From contig LT635912.1 in the NCBI GenBank assembly GCA_900128565.1, forward strand, positions 1 to 64,000: a DNA stretch of 64,000 nucleotides, in the 5' to 3' direction. How positions within the stretch are numbered: position 1 is the first letter of the stretch; the number at the start of each line of letters is the position of its first letter. Positions 1 to 11,399 of the stretch are shown in pieces. Position numbers and translations under genes: made by a program. The notes beneath the pieces were generated by a model. It saw nothing but the letters and a program-made list of their open reading frames with translations. It was not told the origin of the DNA and did not search any database. This DNA is from Stramenopiles sp. TOSAG23-6. Its lineage: Eukaryota.

Positions 1-95
1 ATATTTCAAAAAAAATCTAAAAAAAATTGTTAGGTACAAAATTTCGTACGAAAAAAAAAACTCGATTTTTTTGTTAAAAAAAAAATAAAACATAC
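1..95 (-). other. Family intron (CobW intron 2), 3' end outside the window
   Basis: Exon ...GTACTT|GTATGTTTT, core TTTCGTACGAAATTTTGTACCTAAC. Confidence 0.85.
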
Positions 96-1249
96 AAGTA
101 CTTTATCTAAAGGCACTTTACAATAATTGCTATAAATCATTCTAGCATCTGGAGCCAATGATTTGATATAACATTCTACAGCTAACAATTTTTTTTCATC
201 AGCAACGAGACTTTTTTTATGCAAGTATGAAAAATATTTTTTTTTTTTTTTTGGTAAAAAAAAATTCGTTAGGTACAACATTTCGTATGAAAATTTTCAA
301 AGACAAAAAATGAAAGTAAAAAAATAATGATACAACGTACATTTAAAATCACTACGTCCGCACACAATAGTTGTGAACGAAACGTTTCAGAGCCAATTTC
401 TTCATGAGACTGATGAGAATTTTTTCTCTGTTCATTTGAAATTGAATTTGTGTTTTTCATACTCACTGTAGGGTTAGGGTTTGAAATTGAATTTGTGTTT
501 TTCATACTCACTGTAGGGTTAGGGTTCGCACCTCCTACAGTTTGAAGGTTTTGAGCGTCACACAAGTCAATATTATTGATTTCTTTTGTTTTCGAAATAA
601 GCTCAGCAGAAACTTGGTCGCAATCGACCACAGTAATTACAGCATCTAATCGAAGTCGCCTTCCCAAACCATTGGCTCCACAGTCTAATGAGGTTGTAAA
701 ATTTTCTAACTCCAAAACTACGTTAACAGGATCAGTGATGCCCGATGTTTCAACAATTAGATAGTCAACTGATGAGAGTGCACTATCACTACTATCACGC
801 AACGCCTGCCATACAACTGATTTTAAATCAGAGCCAAGGGAACAACAAATGCAACCATTTGATAATTCGACAACACCATCTGCGGATTTACGTTTTATTA
901 ACTCATAATCTATATTTAGAGTAGCAAAATCATTTACTAAAGCTCCCACTTTAAAATATATCTCTTCAGCTTCAAGGACACGTTTTAATAAAGTAGTTTT
1001 ACCTGCACCAAGAAAACCAGTAACGACAACTACTGGCAACACATCGTTGCGAAGTTTACCTGACATTCGACGCTCTTCCAACCGTTCCAACATACTTGCT
1101 TGTAATTTCAGATTTGATCCACCATTAGAATTTGTACATCGATGTGATTTTTTATAGCTTTTGTAAAGAGTGACAAATAGCACAGTAATTGCAGTGGTAG
1201 ATGCAAAAATACTGGCAAAGGTGAGCTGTCGAACGAACGACTCAGACAT
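96..1249 (-). CDS. CobW/COG0523 (ZNG1-like) G3E metallochaperone GTPase with N-terminal hydrophobic anchor; exons 1249-341 and 218-96, continues past the window edge
   Basis: Walker A GFLGAGKTT, CxCC motif GCICC, VETSG; splicing joins ADVVILN|KKSLV, matching the family's ADxxxLNKxDL region. Confidence 0.9.
219..340 (-). other. Non-canonical GT-AT intron, 122 nt, phase 0
   Basis: AAT|GTACGT...GTACCTAAC...AATATTTTTCATACTTGCAT|AAA; restores ILN-KKS. Confidence 0.88.
436..526. repeat. 45-bp tandem duplication in coding sequence (NPNPTVSMKNTNSIS x2)
   Basis: Direct repeat seen in DNA and protein. Confidence 0.9.
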
Positions 1250-1252
1250 GGC

Positions 1253-1297
1253 TATAATTTCACAAGTCGATACTTATAATTTCACAAGTCGATACTT
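1253..1297. repeat. 22-bp tandem duplication just upstream of the CobW start codon
   Basis: ATAATTTCACAAGTCGATACTT x2. Confidence 0.9.
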
Positions 1298-1734
1298 ACT
1301 ATGAGACGAACTACTACACGGCTATAAAGAGGGTACTATGATAAGTATGCAATGGTGCCTGATGAATGATACATTTACAAATAACAACACTACTTTAGTA
1401 ATTATCAGGGACTCCGTACTTCTCCTACTAATGCTGTTTATAATCTAACATCTACACCAGCAGTGGTACTGGTAGGTTAACTTGGTACCCAGGGCAAGAA
1501 AGACACATCGATCAGAAATATTATGGCCAATTTCTGAATTTCATTTTTTTCTTTTGACATTTCGATTTGATTAGCGGTTAGTAGGGTAGTATTCGGAAAA
1601 TGAAACGGAAAGCCGTTAATCACGGTACGGGCATAAACAGCTTTTTTTTTACAATACTATCAGTAAAAGTTAGAGTTGCTACTTTTATAATTTTGTGATA
1701 GATGTGTTTAAAGTGATCAAGTGAATAATTGAAG

Positions 1735-3757
1735 ATGCATTTTGTAAAACCTTTAGCTTTTGTGCGCACAGTCACTTTCATTTTTCTACTTTTGTGTTTT
1801 GTCCAAAACACAATGGCTCTGAAAGATTTTGTTACTGCTTCCCGAAGTCTCTGTTTTAGTTTCCTTGCTCGTTTTGGTTTCGAAGGAATGGGAAGACAGC
1901 AATTTGAAAACTATAATTCTTTAGATACAACAAAAAACGGAGAGACTGCAGAGCTTTTTGCGTTAGGTGATGATGCTATCCCAAATGACTATAAAACATT
2001 TATTGACATTACTGTCATTTATCCCATCTGGAAAACGGAGCAACTGGCGTTAGTAGTATATTATGACGATGAAAATTGGGATGAGGTGTATGGTGGCTCC
2101 AATGGTGGTGGTATTTCCTGTGCTGATAAGAGAGCAAAAGCTCCCATTGTTATACCATTGTCAGTTGACGACACTATTGATTATTCCAACCCAAATAATT
2201 GGGGTACTTTTTCTTTGCAAGTGAAGAAATACAAATATGTGTTTGTCTCGAAACAAAATAGATATGCATACTTTGGTATCGTAAATGCTAATCCTGCAAA
2301 ATGTAAGCAAAATGATTCATTGTACTGCGAGCAAAATCTTAATTTTGTGAGTGTACTCATGGAATTTTACAACAAGGGTTCTCAGTTTTCGTATGAAAGT
2401 TTATACTTATACGAATTTGTAATTGTATTTCTAACTTTTCAAACAATGTTATTGTTGATAGCAATTGTTTTTGGGGTTTTATTATTTCTTCAAGGTAAAT
2501 TCCATCATACGTATCGTTTGATTCTTGCAGCAGTATTCTTCCAGTTGTCAGGTCTAATTGCAAAATTTATTTATCTATATCAGATTAAATTTGAAGGATC
2601 GAGTAATAATAATTTGGATATTCGGTTCGAATGGGTCTCTACATTTTTTACTGGGTTTTCTGATTTCTGTTTACTTCTTAAGTTTTTACTTGTGGCTTCT
2701 GGTTGGACAGTTATAAAACGAAAATTAGACGGTCAACGGCGAAGCTTTATTGCGGGGATAGCAACAATTTATTTATACTGTAATGTAGCGCTAAATGTAT
2801 ACTTGGTACACTTGAATGATCCAGCTAGTACGAAATATTATTACGCAACTGTCCCTGGAGCTTGTCTGATTGCTTTACGCATTGTTTGTATCATTTGGTT
2901 CTTATATGTTGGAGCTGATACAATTAACCGCTATCGTAAAAAAGTTAGTTTCTTTCAGAAATGCTTAAAATTTGGTACAATTTGGTTAATTTCCCTTCCT
3001 TTGATCGTATTAATTGCTTCTGCGTTACCCGTCATTGAACGGATGAGATTTACTTACATCTGTGAAGTGATCGTAACATTTGTAACACAGGCTTTAATTT
3101 TATTCATGTACGTTTTCATCAGGAATTTCAATTTTTTTCATAGAAAATTTTGTACCTAACAAAAAAAATCGAATGTAAAATATTTTTCCATTATACATGT
3201 ATGGTCCTACAAATGACTATAATAGTTTCTTTCCATTTCATGCAAGAACAAAGGATATGATAGATTCACAAGGTGTTGGTTCTGAATTAGTAGATAGTTA
3301 TCGCCGTACGGTTTTGTCACAACTCACAGATGAGAGCCAAATAGAAACTAAAGAGGGTGAAACTAAAATAGATTATACTTCTCTACCTCAAAAAGGACAT
3401 TCGATTAATATCGAAGATGACGGAGAGTATGAATTGACGATATCATTTCGTCGATCTCTTTATCAAATGCTTTCCGCGGTCAATTTATTCCATGAAGAAG
3501 TTGAATCTCTCAGTGGCATTTCGCATAATATGAAACTTGATACAAATGAGTTAGAATATGAAGATGAGGATTTGGCGTATGATTTAGAGGAATCGTCAGA
3601 AGAAGAAACAGTGGATCAAAGTAATCAAAACGTACACCAATATAGGGCTAGTGAAATGCACTACAGGGGGTTAGAAATGAGAAAACTTGATTCCAGCTCG
3701 AATGATAGTGCAGTTCGTGGATCATCGCTTTTAGACGCCGTAGATGCAAGGGATTAA
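1735..3757 (+). CDS. TMEM145/GPR180-like (GOST family) 7TM protein; exons 1735-3107 and 3199-3757
   Basis: Signal peptide, FLARFGF lumenal start, QFSYE, HHTYRL, GWTV, FPFH motifs; 7 hydrophobic segments; join LFM|YGP. Confidence 0.8.
3108..3198 (+). other. Non-canonical GT-AT intron, 91 nt, phase 2
   Basis: CAT|GTACGT...GTACCTAAC...AATATTTTTCCATTATACAT|G. Confidence 0.88.
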
Positions 3758-3837
3758 AAAGCAAAATTATGGTGAAGTCATTATATTCTAAAATATAGTT
3801 TTTGTATTAGAATTATTTTCATTTATTTATATAGGAA

Positions 3838-6570
3838 CTATTTACTCACATGAACTGCCCATGCATCCAAAATAGGATGAACTTCGTTATCTTTTTCATG
3901 ACTCGTTTTATTTGAGAACCTTTCATGTCCCTCTTTTGCATTGATTCTCTTGGGACTATTATGTACTAACATTCGAGTTCCAAGTAAAGCAGAATAGAAA
4001 TGACGACCAACTCGATGTTGTATTGGAGAATGACTTGGCTCTGAAGCTTCTTCGATAGTATTTGATTCTTTTGATATTGATAAATGGCCCAATGTTTGTT
4101 CTCTCCAAGCCAATAACTTTCTTTTCATTCGGAGTCTTGATACTGCGCCTCTAACTACGGTTTGTAGTAAATAACAAGCTTTATGAAGTTTCAATAAATG
4201 CTCTCGCATTATGAACAACAGTCGTCGGGATTTCTCTTCCTGTCGACTGTTCAGCATTGAAATAGGGTTCATCAAGAACAGATAAAAAATATACTCATAT
4301 CGGACCGTTGGCATTGCTGTGTCTGGTAATCTTGCCAATGGAACAAAACAGAAAACAATAAATAATGTAGACATGAAACTTGTGAGGATACTTGCGTGGA
4401 TAAAACGGAAGTGCAATCCTGTTTGGTGCATTATCAGCACAACATTTAGAAAAGCCATGAAATAAAGATCAATCTGTTCCTGTGATGCATCTTCAGGAAG
4501 TAAGAAGAATATTATTACTAGAAGGCCTGATAAATGCAAAGTACCGCAAAACATCAATATTAAAGCAACTACATACACGTAATCATATTCATACTCTATT
4601 TGCTCTGAATTTACCTTGTTATTTCTTTCTACCAAGTAGTTTTGTTTGTGTTTTGATTTCCCAAAACAACCTAAAACACTGAAGTTTTTCATTTCATGTA
4701 GTTTTTGTGTTGATTTCATTTTTCGTTTAGAAGATGTCAATCCCTTCCTTCCCTGTTCTAGTTGGAATTTGTGTACGCGAAATACTATATTTTTACAATA
4801 TATTATTAATCCCAACATAAGCAGACAATAGGGAATGGACACTACAAAAATTCTAACAAGCCATACATTTAGCAGCATATCTTTTTCCCTATCAAATATT
4901 TCACGATCTTGAACATTTGCAAGTAAAATTTGCCCAAATAGAATATTTATTATACTAATTGCTATGGATTTCCAAGAATCTCTGTGTACCTTAGCGAGGT
5001 TAAAATCTGTGAATGGAGCAAGTTGCATAGCGAACCAACCTTTAAAGAAGGAATATTCGACATCAGTATCCAAGAATGAGAGAGTTAATTGATTCATTTT
5101 TGATGAAATTGACACTTCCACTTGTGTTTTTCTCTGTGTTTTGGATACATTTTTTATATTTGCAAAGTTATTTTGCTTTGCTCGTCTTTTTTTATTCTTG
5201 TTGAAGCAACACAACTTTAAAGTAGACAAAACACATCCACAGGAAAGGATTGCAGGCACAGTAATCTCATTGAAATATAAGGACACGTTTTCTCCATTTG
5301 GATCAATTTTTAGTCTTGAATCCTGAGATATTAAAAAGTTTCGTCTGTTTGTTTGTTCATGAGTATAACATACAAAAATTCCGGAAGCCAATAATGTAAA
5401 AAAGTTAATAGCTTGATTTTGCAAAGAGGACTTTGTTTCTGCTAAAACATCTATACGCATTGCAATACTTGCAGCTAAAAAATACAAAAATAATATACAT
5501 ATTCCAAGAATTAAGTTATAATGAAAACGAATTCGCGAAAGTCCAAATAATGGAATAATTAAGACTTGCATTGTAAATTCAGGTCCAACTTGATTTCCTA
5601 AAATTTTGAACAGTATAATGTGAAACGCACAAATCAAAAAACCAAATATTGAGCATATCTCAGTGTACTTGTAAGCATCACTGCGTGTAATTAAGTAATA
5701 AAAAACACACAATTCCAAACCAGCAAAGGTATAACCAACAGATATTTGACTGATATTTTCATCAAACTTTGTATCGTCTTTGAACAGAATCATTGATACG
5801 TGCAAAATTATTGTAAACGCCATTCCGACTAAAAGTTCCTGCACTCTATTTACACTCCTTCTATGAAACTGATCTTTGAATTCTTCCTCGAGCCAGGGAT
5901 CTGCAAATTCTAATGTATAAAAACGTCGATCTTTCCAAGTCGAGTGGCTCCATCCAGCTTTTTCCTCAATTGTACTTATATCGCGTTTTGTTTTTTGACT
6001 TGACAATGTTTTCGAGAATAATAACTGTAAAATTTTGAGTTCAGCTGCCTGTCTACTTTCGCGCAATACTTCTTCAATACATGATGTAGTTTCATTATTT
6101 TTGTTTTCTATTATATTTTGTTTCTTCTTAAATTGTAGTTCAGTTAACTTGTACATTTCTTGCATTTCTTCGTGGGTAAACTGTTTAGCTTGAAACCTAC
6201 GCAGCACATTCAAATTTCGAATTGATTCTAAGTTAATACGTTGTTTTATACGTTCAATTGTATCTCTTGAGGATTGCACACGTCTGTGTAAACTACGCAA
6301 TGTCTTTTCTCGCCTATGCTTCTTCACTTCATTAACTAGCAAGGCAATCGTTGTGCTTTGCTCCCTAAGTCGAAATTCTATTTGAGATAATTGTTTTTCG
6401 ACCTGTTCAAATTCACCATTCATTAAAACTTTTCGTAGTCTATCGACGTCATTTTGGGCTTCTAAATCTTCTAGCTCAATCATACGTGATGTAATTTCGT
6501 GAAGTGCATCTGAAGCTTCTTGCTCTATGCTGTCTATTATAACTTCGTCACTGTCAGTTGAATCTGACAT
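3838..6570 (-). CDS. Multi-pass membrane protein: N-terminal coiled coil, two TM clusters resembling adenylyl-cyclase membrane anchors, C-terminal IQ-like motif
   Basis: Long ORF; related pre-TM segments (TLEFADPWLEEEF and TLSFLDTDVEYSF); LQTVVRGAVSR IQ-like; no cyclase catalytic motif seen. Confidence 0.65.
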   Translation of the reverse strand: MSDSTDSDEVIIDSIEQEASDALHEITSRMIELEDLEAQNDVDRLRKVLMNGEFEQVEKQLSQIEFRLREQSTTIALLVNEVKKHRREKTLRSLHRRVQSSRDTIERIKQRINLESIRNLNVLRRFQAKQFTHEEMQEMYKLTELQFKKKQNIIENKNNETTSCIEEVLRESRQAAELKILQLLFSKTLSSQKTKRDISTIEEKAGWSHSTWKDRRFYTLEFADPWLEEEFKDQFHRRSVNRVQELLVGMAFTIILHVSMILFKDDTKFDENISQISVGYTFAGLELCVFYYLITRSDAYKYTEICSIFGFLICAFHIILFKILGNQVGPEFTMQVLIIPLFGLSRIRFHYNLILGICILFLYFLAASIAMRIDVLAETKSSLQNQAINFFTLLASGIFVCYTHEQTNRRNFLISQDSRLKIDPNGENVSLYFNEITVPAILSCGCVLSTLKLCCFNKNKKRRAKQNNFANIKNVSKTQRKTQVEVSISSKMNQLTLSFLDTDVEYSFFKGWFAMQLAPFTDFNLAKVHRDSWKSIAISIINILFGQILLANVQDREIFDREKDMLLNVWLVRIFVVSIPYCLLMLGLIIYCKNIVFRVHKFQLEQGRKGLTSSKRKMKSTQKLHEMKNFSVLGCFGKSKHKQNYLVERNNKVNSEQIEYEYDYVYVVALILMFCGTLHLSGLLVIIFFLLPEDASQEQIDLYFMAFLNVVLIMHQTGLHFRFIHASILTSFMSTLFIVFCFVPLARLPDTAMPTVRYEYIFYLFLMNPISMLNSRQEEKSRRLLFIMREHLLKLHKACYLLQTVVRGAVSRLRMKRKLLAWREQTLGHLSISKESNTIEEASEPSHSPIQHRVGRHFYSALLGTRMLVHNSPKRINAKEGHERFSNKTSHEKDNEVHPILDAWAVHVSK

Positions 6571-7012
6571 ATTTTTCTCTAGTTTCAATCTATTCTTTGG
6601 AAACTCTACTTTGAGGCCACAACTTATTTGATCTTGTGATTACTACAATAGATGCATATCATTTGAAATGTTATGCTATATTGCTCCTTTTGTAAAGAGC
6701 GAAGTTTGATGTTAAGGACACAATAAACAAGACATGTATTCGAGGTATATTTTTATAGCGTACAGTATCGTGGTACCTTAGTAGTAGCCTTGTACAAGGT
6801 CTTCGACAGTTACATCCTTGAAAAAAATTGTCGTCGTCGTCGTGAATTTAGAATGGGAATTCGCCGATTCGGTCCAACATTAATTAGGGGTCCTACGTAT
6901 ACATAATAAAGTGCACCAAAACTAATATCAAATTTGTTCAACGCATTTTATTTAAAAAAATTAATTTTCTATAAAAAAATTACGTAACTTATTATAATTT
7001 CATTATAATTAT

Positions 7013-10000
7013 TTATCCTACTAATGGCCTTGCTTTTGCTTGTGTTGTATAATTCTGAACATTATTTTGACCCATTATTTCTAATCCTCTCACGCTTTGT
7101 TGAACCATGGATAAAATATCTACATCACTCATGGTATCATCACCATTCGCCTCAAGCAGCATAACTATTAATAAAACTTCCAGAAGATTATCTGAAATTT
7201 CATCCGATGATTTATTTTTACCAATCAAATGAAGAATATACATCATTCTCACCTGGTGTTCAGATGGTGGTATGTTCGTATTCCAATGATTATTTGATTT
7301 ATTACTTACAGCGAAGGGAAGGCCTATCATTTTTGCGGCATCGCAATCAACATGAAGAAAACTTATGACATTTGCAACATTGTATCCTCCGTGATAGGGA
7401 TTTCGCGGTATTTTCTTTTTCAGTTTGTTGATGATTTGAAATGCCTTTCGCCTGGATTCACGTAAACGCTTTTGTTTATGAACTATTATTGATTTTTCAT
7501 CATCTTTTTTTTCTTTCAAATAACCATTTAAAGGACTATTAATAGAAACAATATGACCACTAGTCATTGCTGAGTGTAACGTGCTATTTTTGGTCCCTAA
7601 GTCTCGTGTTGATCGCATTTCCTGTCGCACTTGGAGTATCGAAGCCGATAAAGCTGCTGATGATGCTTCTTCAAACTCTCGCCGAAGACTAAGAAGTTCT
7701 GCTGCGTGTTTCGCCTCCAATGTATTGTGAAAAATATTTTTTTTAGCCAAAAAAATAGTTAGGTACAAAATTTGTTACGGAAAAAAAATCGAAATTCAAT
7801 TTTGAAAACATACATGTGGCCCGAGTAGCTGCAATGTGATCCTTATGATATGTTTCAGCACTGAGAAATTGTTCATTCATTTCGTTTCTATGTTGCTCAA
7901 ATTGATCAATTAATGTTTCTTTAAATTTAATCATTTCCTGCTCTTTGCTAATATCATCATTTTCTTTTGTTTCTGCGGAAAACCGTTCGTACTCATTTTG
8001 CTGTTTGACTCGGAGTTTATAAATTTCTTCTTTATGAGCTAATTTACACATTTCCTGTTCCTGCACTGCACATCTACGAACTTCATCTAATTCCCCAGAA
8101 TGAATCTGTCTCAAAGATGATAATTCTTTTTCATGAACAAGTTTTTCTCTATTAATTTGTGCTAGAAGTTTTTTTATATGAGATTCTAGTACTCGTACAG
8201 TTTCTTGAAGATTATTTATATCATATTCATTTTGCTCTTCGATAGTTGTAATTTGTGCTTTAAATGCAGCTTGGATGTCATCCACATTTCGAGAATGACT
8301 TTCACTTTGCTTCTTCATTGCTATTCTATAGTTGTCTAAATTACTTGCTCCTTTATTCATTTCCTTCTCAAGTAATATCTTATACTTGTCAGTTTTACAT
8401 TTCTCTTCCTGAACCAACATTTTCTGATTGTCTAGCTCAATTATATGCCATTTTTTCAGTTGTTCAATCTTAAATGCAGTATCAGCAGCAGGTGAAGAAC
8501 TATTTTGACTTATGATATTGCCCATTTTTGTGTTAATAGAAAGTGGACTTGTGGAATTGTTCACAGTGAATATACTAGTAGAAGTTCCAACGTCAAACGT
8601 GTACGTTTTCTCGGGTGGGAATTGTATGTTGTTGGTGGGATTGTTTCCCATAAATACCTCGATTTTGCTTTGGGAATCATCGGCATCCAAATTTCGACGA
8701 TGGTCAAATTCGTTTATGGCTTTATTGACCGATTCAATTTGGTTATAAAACGCACTTAGCGAAACAGATGCAGTATCTGACATTTTTGTAGGACTGTTTA
8801 TGTGTATGGGAGTATTAATATTGTCCTTGCTGCTGTTGACAGGAGTGGCCATATTGTTGACAGGAATGTCAATGAAGTTCGTTTCTACAGAAGGCTTGGT
8901 ACGAACTCTGTATGCGTACATATTCTGGGATGCATCTAAATTAATTATTACTTTTTGTTCTGCAGCTGTTAATCCTGAACGAGTTAATGTATCCACTGAT
9001 GCATGCTCTAAATCATCGATATTAAAAACACGCATTTCCTTCAAATTAGCGATAACACTAGGTGAGATCCCTCTCACCTTCAAGAGCGCCTCAAGTGAAG
9101 GATGCATTTCATTTTCGATACAGGATAAACCATGCGCACCAAATGCAGAGTTTTCCACAGAAGACCACAAATGATTCATGAATTTATGAATACCTTTATG
9201 CTCTTTATTATCATCATTACCAGTGCAGTCACTGCTTGATGATTCTACAGCTCCTTCCCTTTTTTGTGCGGCGATGTTGTGATGTTTTCTATGGAATAAG
9301 TCAAGTGCGTCATTTTCTACTTCCCTGCCAATTACTGAAACTTTGTTTTCTAATTTTTCTACTTCTCTACCGAAAGCAGATGTTTCTCGTTTTATTTTTC
9401 TGCCGATTATAAACCCTTCTTCTTCTACTTTTTTTACATCACTCTTAATTACAGCTGCTTCTCGTTTTAGTTTTCCACCGATTATGATTGTATCCCTTTC
9501 TATTTTTTTTACAACTCTTTGAACTTCCTTTTCTATGTTTGTTGTATCCTTTTTAATTACTCCTGCTGCTTTTTTTATCTCTCTCTTTATAGCAGCTGCT
9601 TCTCGTTCTATTTTTCTGGTGATTCCTACTGATTCCTTTCCTACTTTTTTTGCATCTCCCTCAATCATAGCTGCTTCTCGTTTTATTTTTCCACCGATTA
9701 CAACTGCTTCTTTTTCTGCCTTTTTCAAATCTTTTTCAATAACAACTGCTTCTCGTTTTATTTTTCCACCGATTACAACTGCTTCTTTTTCTGCCTTTTT
9801 CAAATCTTTTTCAATAACAACTGCTTCTCGTTTTATTTTTCCACCGATTACAACTGCTTCTTTTTCTGCCTTTTTCAAATCTTTTTCAATAACAACTGCT
9901 TCTCGTTTTATTTTTCCACCGATTACAACTGCTTCTTTTTCTGCCTTTTTCAAATCTTTTTCAATAACAACTGCTTCTCGTTTTATTTTTCCACCGATTA

Positions 10001-11036
10001 CAACTGCTTCTTTTTCTGCCTTTTTCAAATCTTTTTCAATAACAACTGCTTCTCGTTTTATTTTTCCACCGATTACAACTGCTTCTTTTTCTGCCTTTTT
10101 CAAATCTTTTTCAATAACAACTGCTTCTCGTTTTATTTTTCCACCGATTACAACTGCTTCTTTTTCTGCCTTTTTCAAATCTTTTTCAATAACAACTGCT
10201 TCTTCTTTAACCTTTTTGCCTATGATATATGCTTCCTTTCCTATTTGTTTGGCACCCTTTTCGACTGCTTCACCCAGTCTCCTAAAGATATTTTCCTTTT
10301 TCTTTGAGCTATCTTTATTTTTATGATGTTTTCTGTGAAACATGGAAAAACGTTTCTTTTCTGATAAGTTATTGTCAGATGTTTTATTTACGGAATCATC
10401 AGACGCATCGGATTTTGCTTCAACCTTTGTTTTATTTACGGAATCATCAGACGTATCGGATTTTGCTTCAACCTTACTAGATGTATCACTAGAGCTAGTA
10501 TCTACGGGTTCTGATTGACACTCTTGAGTAAATAGCTCTTTGTGATGTCTTTTGTACCAGGTAAAATATTGGTCTACAGTTACTAAATTATTCTCCCCAT
10601 TGGACATTTCTAAAAAAGCTTCATTTATTTTCTTAGAATTTCCAAAATGACTTTGAAGCTTATCACCCATTTGTATTGATAATTTTCCAATTTGTCGTTT
10701 AGTCAATAAGCCTTTGTTATCATTATCCTTTGCAATTTCTTTACAGAGGAATCTAATTTTTGCTTCTATTGTGTCAGGACTACTGGGGGTCTGAAGTTGG
10801 TACCACCAGATCATATCATCCATTGAAATTCTTCCTCTTTCAAAACGATCGAGTTGCTCAAACTTTACAGAATGGTGCTTCTTTCCCAGCATTTGATTCC
10901 CTTCATGATTTAGTAACTTTAATAATTTATTATATTGTAACTTATTCAAGAAACCAATGTTTTCCTCATCTATGAATTGAAAGGACTTGCGTAGTTCTGC
11001 TATTGATTTGTCCTGACTCTTCAATGAAGACGCCAT
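7013..11036 (-). CDS. Large protein with EF-hand-like N-terminus, 25-aa tandem repeats, SAM-like segment and coiled coil; exons 11036-7814 and 7719-7013
   Basis: FQFIDEENIGFL and LDRFERGRISMDD EF-like loops; join RAT|LEAKH continues the coiled coil. Confidence 0.75.
7720..7813 (-). other. Non-canonical GT-AT intron, 94 nt, phase 1
   Basis: CAT|GTATGT...GTACCTAAC...AATATTTTTCACAATACAT|TG. Confidence 0.88.
9671..10203. repeat. Coding minisatellite, 75-bp unit, about 7 near-identical copies (EAVVIEKDLKKAEKEAVVIGGKIKR)
   Basis: Period 75 in the DNA; degenerate copies flank the array. Confidence 0.95.
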
Positions 11037-11399
11037 ATAATATAGATAATAGCACCGATACAGCCAGTCCCGAAATAAACTGTTCTAAAAGCTTAATTGC
11101 TGTATTTAGGTTCTCCTTCTTACTAACGTAGTATCTTACCTAGAAAATAGATAACCAAGGATCGCGGAATCGAGATCCTAAAAAAGTAACTGACAAAAAC
11201 GAGGTTGTTGCCACTTTTTTGGGTATCAGACGTTATAAATATTAATATTATAAGTAGTTAGTATTGAGAACAGTTTGCTGATAAACAAAATGCAACTCAA
11301 ATATGTTTCAGACATTTATATATAATCATTTGATATAGTCATAAAATCTACAATAGAAATTAGCAGCGAGTATACGTCAAATTAAGAAATACTTTTATA

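Noticed and set aside
470-526. TTAGGG telomere-like repeats (also near 62611)
   Set aside because: They are antisense to Asn-Pro-Asn-Pro codons inside ORFs and only two units long.
9535-10326. 263-aa plus-strand ORF (likewise 18621-19199 and 18685-19026)
   Set aside because: Antisense shadow ORFs produced by stop-free tandem repeats.
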